62,955 nucleotides of DNA, taken from Calditrichaceae bacterium (lineage in GTDB: Bacteria > Calditrichota > Calditrichia > Calditrichales > JBFXGD01). The position numbers were made by a program, and so were the translations under genes. Shown in pieces: positions 33,501 to 42,287 of the stretch. Where the stretch lies: positions 1 through 62,955 of the forward strand of contig JBFXLE010000027.1 in NCBI GenBank assembly GCA_050173015.1, read 5' to 3'. Within the stretch, counting starts at the first letter, position 1, and every line of letters begins with the position of its first letter. The notes beneath the pieces were generated by a model, which saw nothing but the letters and a program-made list of their open reading frames with translations, made no database searches and was not told the DNA's origin.

Positions 33501-34624
33501 GATTCAAACGAATAACAGATCCGGATATGGTCACCATGGAGCTGATCTCCACCGTGAAAGATATCACCGATCAGATAGAGCTGGAACAGAAACTGGAAGA
33601 AACAGAAGCTCATAACAAGCAGCAGATGGAATGGATGCTGAGTGTGCTACACGTGGAGCCTACCTTGCTTAAGGAATTTATGCAGGGGGTTCACCTGGAG
33701 CTTAACTACATCGACACGGTACTCAAACAAAACGATATGGGAACCGATTTTAAACCCATACTCGAAAAGATTTATCGTTCAATGCACCTTGTAAAAGGGA
33801 ATGCCAGTCTTCTTGATCTGAAATTCTTTGTAAAACAGGCGCATGAATTTGAAGAAAAAGTGTCCGAAATACTTGAAAAACCGGTCATAAAAGGTTCGGA
33901 TTTTATTCCGATGGTCATGAGAATCGGAGAGATGCGGACAACGCTCAGGGAACTGAAAGAACTTATTGACAGAATCAGCAATATACAGGCGCATTTCAGG
34001 CCGAAACGAAGCTATGAGAACAAAATATTGATTCAATCCGTTCAGAATTTGATCAATAATGTCTCGCATGATCTTAATAAAGAAGTAAATTTTGTTTATG
34101 AAAATTTTGATCCCGGTATGCTGCCTTACAAATATCGGTTAGCATCAAAAGAAATTATCATTCAGCTGGTGCGCAATTCTATTTATCACGGGATAGAAGA
34201 TCGGGAAACAAGGATAAAAAACAGTAAGGACGCTAAAGGAACCATCATCCTTTCATCGTTCAAAAATGAATTTATTTTCGGATTCAAGTTTATGGATGAC
34301 GGCAGAGGACTGCAAATTGATAAGCTACGAGAAAAAGCCCGGAAATCAGGAAGATGGACCGAAGATCAGATCGATGCCTGGAGTGATGCAGAAGTGGCCC
34401 AGGTTATCTTTGTACCGGGAATTTCAACTCTGGAAAAAGCAAACCTGATCGCCGGCCGCGGCGTCGGTATGGATTTGATTAAAGATAAGGTCGAAAAAGC
34501 AGGCGGACGTATAGAAGTTAATTTTGAGAAGGACAAGTATTGTGAATTTATCATCACGCTGCCCTTCGAAAAGGAGCAGGATGAAGCGCCCAAAGATCAG
34601 GAAGCGGAGGTGAGTGAAGCATAA
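30545..34624 (+). CDS. Membrane sensor kinase: Reg_prop beta-propellers, Y_Y_Y domain, TM, PAS-like region, Hpt and CheA-type HATPase
   Basis: Many 'D..G.LW.GT.GGGLN' blades; YAYKLEGFD..W / YTNLDGGEYVFRVKGSNNDGVW; PPPWETIWF TM; Hpt RSMHLVKGNA; RNSIYHG, DDGRG and GRGVGMD boxes. No CheW domain. Confidence 0.88.
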   Translation: MKWISRFSDDQKYENAEGHQQFLQAIIKKLSIFIFFTLIVLTSNLDAQKLNYKFEKITIQDGLSQSSVYTVVQDKKGFLWFGTQDGLNKFDGAGFTVYRHIDGDDHSLSDNWINDIAVDKDGNLWIGTSGGGLNKYDQITENFSHYGNNPENPKSLGNNIILDVFVDSENTLWVGTDGGGLNKFDRNTGDFISYLNDTEDNNSLSNNKVQSIYEDRAGNIWVGTLGGGLNKLDKKSGKFTRYKNNPTNSKSLSDNRVTFIYEDNHGDFWVGTEAGLNRFDYQFDNFKRYTFDVHNPDGLSNHVIRAILEDASGALWIGTDGGLNIYIRGEDRFVSFTNDPKDPTSISSDLIRCLYEDQAGIIWIGNYAGAINKYDRKRNAFNNIQQNPLDVNSLSNNNVWSFYEEINGKLWIGTDIGLNEYDPKTGKYKHHKHDPKNKRSLSNNVVRVVKGDRFGNIWIGTDGGGLNLYKPGEKSFKIYRHDPDNPGSLSDDRIRSVYIDRKGTLWVGTLNGLNEYDAKHDRFNRYQHVASDTNSISDSRVQSIYEDKSGNFWIGTYGGFNYFDRKKDKFKSFLHNPDDPNSISHDLILCIYEDRQGETLWISTFGGLNKFDREKLTFKRYSMDDGLPNDVIYGVLEDKSGSLWLSTNIGLAKFDPKSETSKNFDVKDGLQSNEFNGGAYLYTYENEMFFGGINGYTAFTPEDLKDNEHKPPVIITSFNKYDKVVKLEKSISETDELVLSYKDDFFSFEFAALDYSNPEKNQYAYKLEGFDEDWIYCGNRRYASYTNLDGGEYVFRVKGSNNDGVWNEEGTSLNIMIVPPPWETIWFKIIASLLIVGFIFSAFIYSINRVEKQKIKLQKQVDERTIELRERNKDLVKSKRETDNILDNVEEGLFLLNSKLEIESQYSRSLESILNSEKLADNKFIDMLGGTIPAKLKTSVQEYLELMFDDSIDEETINDLNPLTEIEMNFEDEDGVWYESKHLSFRFKRITDPDMVTMELISTVKDITDQIELEQKLEETEAHNKQQMEWMLSVLHVEPTLLKEFMQGVHLELNYIDTVLKQNDMGTDFKPILEKIYRSMHLVKGNASLLDLKFFVKQAHEFEEKVSEILEKPVIKGSDFIPMVMRIGEMRTTLRELKELIDRISNIQAHFRPKRSYENKILIQSVQNLINNVSHDLNKEVNFVYENFDPGMLPYKYRLASKEIIIQLVRNSIYHGIEDRETRIKNSKDAKGTIILSSFKNEFIFGFKFMDDGRGLQIDKLREKARKSGRWTEDQIDAWSDAEVAQVIFVPGISTLEKANLIAGRGVGMDLIKDKVEKAGGRIEVNFEKDKYCEFIITLPFEKEQDEAPKDQEAEVSEA

Positions 34625-34771
34625 TATCTTCCCGGTCCTCAGGTTCGGGTGCAAGTTAATATGGGGCTCGGGTTTTTAATAGACCGATCAATAATATTAA
34701 TAAACGCCTGATTTAAATGGCAAAATCATAGACTAAATTGTATATTTACCAAAAATTATTTTGGAGGCCCA

Positions 34772-35140
34772 ATGCAAGAAAAAACAAAAGTACTTATTGT
34801 GGATGATTCTTCGATAATAAGGCAGGTAATCCAAAAATATCTAAACAGTTATAATATTGAAGTGGTGGGAACAGCGGGTGATGGTAAAGCCGCGCTGGAA
34901 ATTTTTAAAGAGACGGATCCCGATATTGTAACATTGGATATTACCATGCCTGAGATGGATGGACTTACGGTTCTCGATGAGATGCTGAAAATAAAACCAT
35001 CGGCGAAGATTATGGTCGTCACAGCTCTGTCAGATAAGGCGACAGGCTTAAAAGCAATCAAAAAAGGAGCAAAAAGCTTCCTAGGAAAACCTTTTACACC
35101 AGAAAAATTAAAAGAATCATTTGGCCGGCTGATCGGATAA
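34772..35140 (+). CDS. CheY-like single-domain response regulator
   Basis: IVDDS, LDITMPEMDG and KPF motifs. Close paralog of 29860-30246 (shared DKATGLKAIK). Confidence 0.9.
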   Translation: MQEKTKVLIVDDSSIIRQVIQKYLNSYNIEVVGTAGDGKAALEIFKETDPDIVTLDITMPEMDGLTVLDEMLKIKPSAKIMVVTALSDKATGLKAIKKGAKSFLGKPFTPEKLKESFGRLIG

Positions 35141-35164
35141 TAAATTCTATAAAGGAGACAATAA

Positions 35165-35611
35165 ATGAAGGAAACGGATCTTCATTTTTTCATTGACAGC
35201 ACTGTAAATTATTTCGAAGAAGTGACCAATGAAAAAGCATATACAGGAATTCCTTTTATTAAAGGGGATGATCCGGTCGTTTTGGAATATACCGGCATTA
35301 TAGGGATATCAGGCAAGAGAAAAGGAAGCGTGTATATCACAGCCAGCGCTGAGATGCTAAAAGCTCTCGCTAATATCATCCTGGGGCTTGACGATGTCGG
35401 AGCAGATGAAATAAAAGACCTTGTCGGTGAAATCGCCAACACGATTTCAGGAAATGTGCGACAGGCATACGGAAGCGATTTTATGATCTCTGTACCGGTT
35501 GTCATCGAAGGTGTCGCGAAAGACATTAAATTGCCTGATGAAATTCAGACTTTTGTGATTCCATTGACCTGGCAGGAACATAAATCATTTCTCGTTGTTT
35601 GTCTGGAATAG
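35165..35611 (+). CDS. cheX: CheX family phosphatase
   Basis: TGIIGISG and GEIANTISGN (ExxN) motif, ISVP. Confidence 0.88.
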   Translation: MKETDLHFFIDSTVNYFEEVTNEKAYTGIPFIKGDDPVVLEYTGIIGISGKRKGSVYITASAEMLKALANIILGLDDVGADEIKDLVGEIANTISGNVRQAYGSDFMISVPVVIEGVAKDIKLPDEIQTFVIPLTWQEHKSFLVVCLE

Positions 35612-35836
35612 TAATATGTATCTGTGTTTCACCGCTGGTAAATTTCCCGGTGAGATGCTGAAAAGGGTGAGTTTCCGGGAATATATAAAGGGGTTCGCGC
35701 AAATTTCAGGAACATGCGGAAACTCATCTTTTAAGAATTAAATTCAGGGAGGACGAACCGGAATTTTGCTACCTATCCGCGGGATGGCGGTTTTTTAAGG
35801 TAATAAACGTATTCTTGATTCCGGAAATTATAATTT

Positions 35837-37348
35837 ATGGAAAAGAATAAACTGAACACTGGTTTTGAATCCAGTATTTCAAAATTATCCAGCGAATTTT
35901 CTCTGTTGAAGGAAGAAATTTCCGAAGCTAAAGAGAAAATTGAAATCATTCTTCAATCGATGGATGAGGGCGCGCTGTTTATCGATTCCAACTACATCGT
36001 TCAACAAGAATGCTCTGAAACCATCGGGACGATCATCAATTTTAAAGATCCCTCAGGGAATAAATTCTTTAAACTTCTGGAAAAAAAGATTCCTGAAAAT
36101 CTCATCAAAAACACCCAGGAATTCCTGCAGTTCATGTTTCAGGAAGACCTGGACGAGGAGACCATTTCCGAATTAAACCCTCTTCAGAATGTAGAATTTC
36201 ACAGTGAAGACCAATGGGGGTTGTGGACATCATCCAAGCATCTCTCATTCCGTTTTCGGAGGATTGTTAAAGAAGGTAAAATTTCCCTCATATTCTGCGG
36301 TGTGAAAGATATAACAGAACAGATAAAATTGACAAAAAAGCTGGAAGTTGTTGAGCAGAATACAAAAAAACAGATGGAGTGGCTGGTTAATATTCTTCAT
36401 GTGAAACCACCGCTGCTTAATGAATTTGTAAATCTGATTGAATATGAACTGAACCAGATCGATGACGCGCTAAAAAATTCAATGAAAGAACAAGGTTATA
36501 AAAGTCTGCTGAACACGCTGACAAAAGCGACGCAGCACATCAGAAGCAATGCTTCGCTTCTTGATTTAAAGTTTTTTTCCAGCAAGGCTCAGAGCTTTGA
36601 GAATGAAATCGCCGCTATCAGAAATAAAAAGGATATTTCCGGAAGCGATTTTGTACCCGTTGTTCTGCAGCTTGGAGAGCTTCGGCAGACACTGGATGAA
36701 ATAAAATCATTGATGCAAAGACTGAATCATTTTAATAATTCACTCCGGACCACCCGGCGTTATGAAACAGGGATGCTGATAAAAGCGCTCGAAAGCCAGA
36801 TCGACATACTGAGTACGGAATTCGGCCGAAAAATTCAGTTTGGGCATGAGCATTTTAACAGTCTCTCCATTCCGTTTGCCCATCAGCAGCTCGTGAAGGA
36901 ATTTCTGATCATTCTCACCAGATTTTCCGTTATTTACGGTATTGAAAAACCGGAAGAGCGAATAGCGGCCAATAAAAATCCCGTTGGTACCATCGACATA
37001 AGTACCTTTAGCGAGAAGAATTTGTTCGGATTTGTTTTCAGGCATGACGGACGGCTTATCCGCATCGAACGGCTGCTGCAAAAAGCGGTCGATTTTGAGG
37101 AAACCGAGTATAGTCATGAACCAAAAACCGATGACGGTTCACAGCTCGGATCAGAAGTTATCCGCCTTCTGTTTATGCCCGGCGCGGCCACATCCAGCCT
37201 AAGCGAGGCGGAACATAGTAAAGAAATTTTCCGTGATATGGATCTGGTAAAGAAAAAGTTAAAAATGCACGGCGGAAAAGTGAAAATCACCTTTACAAGT
37301 GAGCAATATTGCGAATACACCATCACCCTGCCTAACAAAAAACAATAA
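35837..37348 (+). CDS. Cytoplasmic paralog of the sensor's PAS-Hpt-HATPase core, catalytically degenerate
   Basis: Collinear with the C-terminal ~500 aa of 30545-34624 (DEETI..LNPL, SKHLSFRF, QMEW, NASLLDLKFF, GSDF.P), but the His, N-box and G-box residues are altered. Confidence 0.8.
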   Translation: MEKNKLNTGFESSISKLSSEFSLLKEEISEAKEKIEIILQSMDEGALFIDSNYIVQQECSETIGTIINFKDPSGNKFFKLLEKKIPENLIKNTQEFLQFMFQEDLDEETISELNPLQNVEFHSEDQWGLWTSSKHLSFRFRRIVKEGKISLIFCGVKDITEQIKLTKKLEVVEQNTKKQMEWLVNILHVKPPLLNEFVNLIEYELNQIDDALKNSMKEQGYKSLLNTLTKATQHIRSNASLLDLKFFSSKAQSFENEIAAIRNKKDISGSDFVPVVLQLGELRQTLDEIKSLMQRLNHFNNSLRTTRRYETGMLIKALESQIDILSTEFGRKIQFGHEHFNSLSIPFAHQQLVKEFLIILTRFSVIYGIEKPEERIAANKNPVGTIDISTFSEKNLFGFVFRHDGRLIRIERLLQKAVDFEETEYSHEPKTDDGSQLGSEVIRLLFMPGAATSSLSEAEHSKEIFRDMDLVKKKLKMHGGKVKITFTSEQYCEYTITLPNKKQ

Positions 37349-37505
37349 ATTCGGTATTCAGATACTTTTTTTTCCCTGCCCGGCGGGTTTTCTAATCATT
37401 CATTTCCTCCAATCAAACTGATTTCGTATATTTGTGACGACCGCTCTAATTTCCCCGAGTAATCCGGGAAAAGAGCGCGGAATCTCAATATTTCGGGAGT
37501 GAAGA

Positions 37506-39719
37506 ATGAAACCCATCTATCTGGATTATAACGCCACTACGCCAATCGATCCGCGTGTCGCGGAAAAAATGCTGCCTTTTATCAATGAACATTTTGGAAA
37601 TCCTTCCAGTTCGCACATATTCGGGACAAACGCTAAAAAAGCCGTGGATCACGCCCGGAATCAGGTGGCGGAGATGCTTCACGCCCGCTTCGAGGAGGTG
37701 ATCTTCACCAGCGGCGGATCGGAATCAAATAATTACGCTATCAAAGGCGCCGCCCTGGCCTACCGCCACAAAGGCAATCACATCATTACCACGGCCATCG
37801 AACATCCAGCGGTCATTCAGGTTTGCCGTTATCTGGAAACACAGGGCTTTCAGGTCACCTACCTGCCGGTGGATCATAACGGACTCGTCGATCCGGCCGA
37901 TGTCAAGAATGCCATGACGCCGCAAACCATCCTGATATCGGTCATGCACGCCAATAATGAAGTGGGTACCATACAGCCCGTAAGAGAAATCGCGGATATC
38001 GCGCATGAGCATGGGATCATTGTTCACAGCGATTGCGCGCAGTCGGTGGGGAAGATCCCCGCGCGTGTGGATGAGCTGAACGTGGATCTGTTGTCCATCG
38101 CCGGTCATAAACTCTACGCTCCGAAAGGGATTGGCGTTTTATACATCAGGACCGGCGTCAAACTCGAAAAATTGATTCACGGCGCCGATCATGAGATGAA
38201 TCTGCGCGGCGGCACGGAAAATGTCATCGAAATCGCCGGTCTCGGCGAAGCGTGTGAGCTGATTACAGAAAATCTGGATAAATACCGGGAACACATGCTT
38301 AAAACGCGGAATGAGCTTGAAAACAGCCTGAAAGAGCGATTCCCCTTTATTCAAATCAACGGTCATCCGGAGAAAAGACTGCCGAACACCTCAAGCGTCA
38401 GTTTTAAGGGGATTGAAGCCAATCTGATATTGTCCGGGCTAAAAAATGTGGCGGCCTCCGCGGGCGCGGCCTGTCACAGCGATAAAATAGATGTTTCCGC
38501 CGTGCTGGAAGCCATGAAGGTGCCGTTGGAATACGCCATGGGTACCATCCGTTTTTCGGTGGGACGCTTTACAACCATTCAGGACATCCGCGCCGCGGCG
38601 CAGGAAATCAGTGAAGTCGTGGGACAAATGCGTCCCCTTGAAGAAAAGCCTTTTCTTGATATTGGCCAAGGTGAGGTGAAGCTGACACAATTTACCCATG
38701 GACTCGGCTGCGCCTGTAAAATCCGTCCCCAGCTTCTTGAGGCGGTGCTGCGCAAGCTACCGGTTCCCACCGATAAAAATGTGCTGGTGGGTACGGAGTC
38801 ATCCGATGACGCGGCGGTTTACCGGATCGATGATAAAACTGCCATTGTCCAGACCGTTGATTTTTTCACGCCGGTTGTTGATAATCCCTTCGACTTTGGC
38901 GCCATCGCCGCGGCCAATTCACTAAGCGATATCTACGCCATGGGCGGAAAAGCGCTTTTTGCCCTGAATATTGTGGGATTTCCGGCAAACCGTCTCCCGC
39001 TCAGCGTTCTTGAAGACATTCTTCGGGGCGCGCAGAGCAAAGCGGAAGAGGCGGGAATTTCCATCATCGGAGGCCATACGGTTGAGGATACCGAACCAAA
39101 ATTTGGACTTTCCGTAACGGGAATAGCGGATCCCAAAAAAATAGTCACCAACAGCGGCGCGGCGGCAGGCGATCTATTGATTCTCACCAAGCCCATCGGT
39201 ACCGGCATTCTTTCAACGGCTCTGAAACAGGGAATGCTTGAGAAGGAGCGGGAAACGCTGCTCATCAAAACCATGGCCAAACTGAATAAAAACGCCGCGG
39301 AAGCCATGCGGGAAACCGGTGTGAACGCCTGCACGGATATCACGGGATTCGGCCTGATCGGGCATTTGCTGGAAATGATGAAAGGCTCGGGGACCTCCGC
39401 AATGATTTCAGCGGGAAGTATTCCGCTGCTGCCCGGTGTGACCGAACTTGCCGCTTCGGGCGTTGTTCCCGGCGGTACCCGGGATAATTTCTCATACACG
39501 GAGTCGTATGTTCAGTATGACGAGCAAATTTCTTCCGTGATGAGACTGGTCTTAAACGACGCGCAGACCTCCGGAGGCCTGTTGATCGCGGTCCCGGAAA
39601 GCAGATCGGAACGGCTGATGAAAAATCTCAAAAAAGCCGGTGAGAATGACGCGGTACTGATCGGCAGGGTGATCAACGAAAACGCTAAGAAAATTAAAGT
39701 GATTAATAAGGATATTTAA
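37506..39719 (+). CDS. selD: Cysteine desulfurase/selenocysteine lyase (NifS-like) fused to selenophosphate synthetase SelD
   Basis: N-terminal YLDYNATT, AGHKLY and SAGAAC; C-terminal GLGCACK, DDAAV, TVDFF, NSLSDIYAMGG, TDITGFGL and DAQTSGGLL. Confidence 0.92.
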   Translation: MKPIYLDYNATTPIDPRVAEKMLPFINEHFGNPSSSHIFGTNAKKAVDHARNQVAEMLHARFEEVIFTSGGSESNNYAIKGAALAYRHKGNHIITTAIEHPAVIQVCRYLETQGFQVTYLPVDHNGLVDPADVKNAMTPQTILISVMHANNEVGTIQPVREIADIAHEHGIIVHSDCAQSVGKIPARVDELNVDLLSIAGHKLYAPKGIGVLYIRTGVKLEKLIHGADHEMNLRGGTENVIEIAGLGEACELITENLDKYREHMLKTRNELENSLKERFPFIQINGHPEKRLPNTSSVSFKGIEANLILSGLKNVAASAGAACHSDKIDVSAVLEAMKVPLEYAMGTIRFSVGRFTTIQDIRAAAQEISEVVGQMRPLEEKPFLDIGQGEVKLTQFTHGLGCACKIRPQLLEAVLRKLPVPTDKNVLVGTESSDDAAVYRIDDKTAIVQTVDFFTPVVDNPFDFGAIAAANSLSDIYAMGGKALFALNIVGFPANRLPLSVLEDILRGAQSKAEEAGISIIGGHTVEDTEPKFGLSVTGIADPKKIVTNSGAAAGDLLILTKPIGTGILSTALKQGMLEKERETLLIKTMAKLNKNAAEAMRETGVNACTDITGFGLIGHLLEMMKGSGTSAMISAGSIPLLPGVTELAASGVVPGGTRDNFSYTESYVQYDEQISSVMRLVLNDAQTSGGLLIAVPESRSERLMKNLKKAGENDAVLIGRVINENAKKIKVINKDI

Positions 39720-39767
39720 TAGACTGAACCACCGGATTTAACAGAATGTTGTGTGGGGGAAACACTA

Positions 39768-40316
39768 ATGTTTGAAGCATCAACGATTGACGCCGTGATG
39801 ATACGGCCGTATAAAAAAGAAGACGCGGAAGATTTATATCTCGCCGCCCGTGAATCTATTTATGAAGTTCATCCCTGGCTGCCCTGGTGTCATCCGGATT
39901 ATTCCAGGAAAGAGAGTGAAGAATGGATCGCCCGCTGCGATGAAGCCTGGAAAAAGGGCGTGGAATTTCATTTTGTCATCACCCACACCGCCACAGGACG
40001 GTTTTTGGGCGGCGTGGGGATTAACCAGATTAATATCACGCATCGTTACGCCAATCTCGGTTATTGGGTACGAAGCAGTGAAACCGGCAAAGGGGTGACG
40101 ACCGCCGCGGCCATTCTCGCCGCCAGGTTCGGGTTTCAAAAACTCAATCTCGGGCGGATCGAAATACTGGTGGCCAGGGAGAATAAGGCCAGTCTCCGTG
40201 TGGCGGAAAAAACGGGCGCGCGGCGTGAAGGATTACTGAGAAACCGGCTGATTGTAAACGATCATGTGATGGACGCCGTTTTATACGCGCTGATTCCGGA
40301 AGATTTAAGCGATTGA
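39768..40316 (+). CDS. GNAT acetyltransferase, RimJ/RimL family
   Basis: NLGYWV...GKG, N.AS.RVAEK.G..REG motifs. Confidence 0.88.
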   Translation: MFEASTIDAVMIRPYKKEDAEDLYLAARESIYEVHPWLPWCHPDYSRKESEEWIARCDEAWKKGVEFHFVITHTATGRFLGGVGINQINITHRYANLGYWVRSSETGKGVTTAAAILAARFGFQKLNLGRIEILVARENKASLRVAEKTGARREGLLRNRLIVNDHVMDAVLYALIPEDLSD

Positions 40317-40383
40317 AATATAATTGGAACCGGATAGACAAAATACCGGATTAATTTCAGGATTTGAATTAAGGTGATGGAAA

Positions 40384-41013
40384 ATGGTTAGGAAATTATG
40401 CCCCAAAATCATACTGGAAGGCACAAGATTAACCCATAAAACGGAACTGGCCTTTACGCTTAATGAGCACCCGCGAATTGTGGGGCCGCGGAAATACCGG
40501 TATCATTCGCCGCTGATTTCGGCGGAGTGGTGCGCCTTTACAAATTTCCCCTGGGGCAGGGGATTGATCAATTTTAATCCGGATGAAGAATCCAGAGCCA
40601 TGGAAACTTACCGAACCTGGCTAAAGCTGTTTGAGCTTCAGCGATATTATTCATGGATCATCGACCGCTTTCACATCTCCACCCGCCTGTTTCAGATGAT
40701 GAATCACGGCAAAGACTATGATTTCCGCCGGCTGGATGAGGGGCTTGCCGGACTCGGTTTCCGACTGATATTTTGTACCCGTTCACCGGAATCATTTCAG
40801 GCCGCGCGCGTGGAACGGCTGAGGGTATCAGGGAATCCGCGCCAATATGACGATCTGGACATTTTTATCAGAGAGCAGGAGCGATTCAGAGAGCTGATCG
40901 GGCAGTCGGTTTTACCGGTTCTGGAGGTGGATATGTCGGAGAACGACACAAATCGCGCCGCGGGTCTTATCGCCGATTGGCTGGAGCAAACCGGCGGGCT
41001 TTGGGCGGAGTAG
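40384..41013 (+). CDS. Nucleotide-kinase-fold protein (thymidylate kinase-like) with atypical P-loop
   Basis: IILEGTRLTHKT near the N-terminus and IIDRFHIS (DR motif). Confidence 0.55.
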   Translation: MVRKLCPKIILEGTRLTHKTELAFTLNEHPRIVGPRKYRYHSPLISAEWCAFTNFPWGRGLINFNPDEESRAMETYRTWLKLFELQRYYSWIIDRFHISTRLFQMMNHGKDYDFRRLDEGLAGLGFRLIFCTRSPESFQAARVERLRVSGNPRQYDDLDIFIREQERFRELIGQSVLPVLEVDMSENDTNRAAGLIADWLEQTGGLWAE

Positions 41014-41276
41014 GGAGGTCGCACAGGCTTGTTCAAAAAAAAGGCGGTTTTTTTTTAGAAATCCCGCAATAAATATTTGATTCTTATTATAAAATTAAGC
41101 ATTATTATACATCAATTTGGAACGGTATCATTTAATCTTTCCGCATATCTCATTATTCTTAATTTTTTCATCTCCGGATGAATATCATTATACCGTTTTT
41201 ATTCAATGGAATTGTTGATTCATGTAATTGACGTGGCGGAGCTGTGCCCAATGCAAATAATTTATGGGAAAAAGAA

Positions 41277-41978
41277 ATGAATTTAGTAGAAAATCAACAG
41301 AAAGCGGAACAATTGCAGTTAGTAAGAACGATAAGACTGACTTTCCCGGTCGATTCATTTACCCCGGCGGACATACCGCGGTTGCGGGCCTTTCTCGCGC
41401 GCCAGTTTCCCGATTATCACGAGTTTCATAATCACACCGGCAACGGCGGTTTTCGATGGGTGTATCCGGAGATCCAGTTCAAATTTATCAAAGGAGTTCC
41501 CTGTATAGTGGGATACGGACCGGCGATTGATATCCTGGCGGGAGCTTTTATGAAAATCCAGCGCATCGAAATCAATCACAAAATCATTGAAGTTCCGGAG
41601 AGATCCATTGAATTCAATCAATACGAACTTGGTATGAGTCCAAAATTTATCCGTTACCGATTCAGCAGCCCCTGGATGGCTCTCAACGAGGAGAATTATA
41701 GAAAATATAACCGGCTCGATCCCATTGAACAGGAATCAATGTTGAACAGGATCTTATGGGGCAATATAAGAACCCTGGCCCACGCGTTTGATTATTGGAT
41801 TGAAGATCAGGACGCGTTAAGGGTGAGCGGTCATTTCAAAATGAAAACGCAAAAATTTAAGGGAACGGTCATGTCCACATTTATGGGTGAATTTATCGCA
41901 AATTTCTTTCTTCCCGATGACCTCGGTTTGGGTAAACAGGTGGCCCGCGGGTACGGAGCGATACGAAAAGCGGATTAG
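41277..41978 (+). CDS. cas6: CRISPR endoribonuclease Cas6 (Cas6b-like)
   Basis: FHNH..YPEIQFK, SPWMALN, ILWGN and the C-terminal G-rich loop LGLGKQVARGYG. Lies directly upstream of a CRISPR leader. Confidence 0.9.
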   Translation: MNLVENQQKAEQLQLVRTIRLTFPVDSFTPADIPRLRAFLARQFPDYHEFHNHTGNGGFRWVYPEIQFKFIKGVPCIVGYGPAIDILAGAFMKIQRIEINHKIIEVPERSIEFNQYELGMSPKFIRYRFSSPWMALNEENYRKYNRLDPIEQESMLNRILWGNIRTLAHAFDYWIEDQDALRVSGHFKMKTQKFKGTVMSTFMGEFIANFFLPDDLGLGKQVARGYGAIRKAD

Positions 41979-42027
41979 AATGTCGGTGTTACCCAAAAGA
42001 AATTTATCAGCGTTGAAAATTAAGCGG

Positions 42028-42056
42028 TTGAACGGAATCCGGATATTCCTTATAAT
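42028..42056 (+). promoter_or_regulatory. Candidate sigma70 promoter for array 1
   Basis: TTGAAC-17 nt-TATAAT upstream of the leader. Confidence 0.55.
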
Positions 42057-42127
42057 AGTAGAGCATAAGACAAAGAGGGGCGGACTGCTCTGAGAAAAAT
42101 ATCGGCAGTCAATTTTTCTATCCGGCT

Positions 42128-42287
42128 GAAGTTAAATAAAAACAGAGATTAAAGCTTGGTAAAATTTTTCCGAAAGTATGTAAAAATGGTATGTTTTATG
42201 ATAAATCACGGCGGGCAAAAGGCGGTTTTAGTTGCACAAGCGGAGGGCTTAAATACAGGAAAAATAAATAATTATGAAAAATTTGCG
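42128..42287 (+). promoter_or_regulatory. CRISPR leader 1
   Basis: AT-rich 160 bp abutting the first repeat; near-identical to 58988-59147. Confidence 0.85.

Noticed and set aside
38698-38721. Possible selenocysteine (UGA) in the SelD active site
   Set aside because: The codons read GGC TGC GCC TGT AAA (G-C-A-C-K), with no in-frame TGA.
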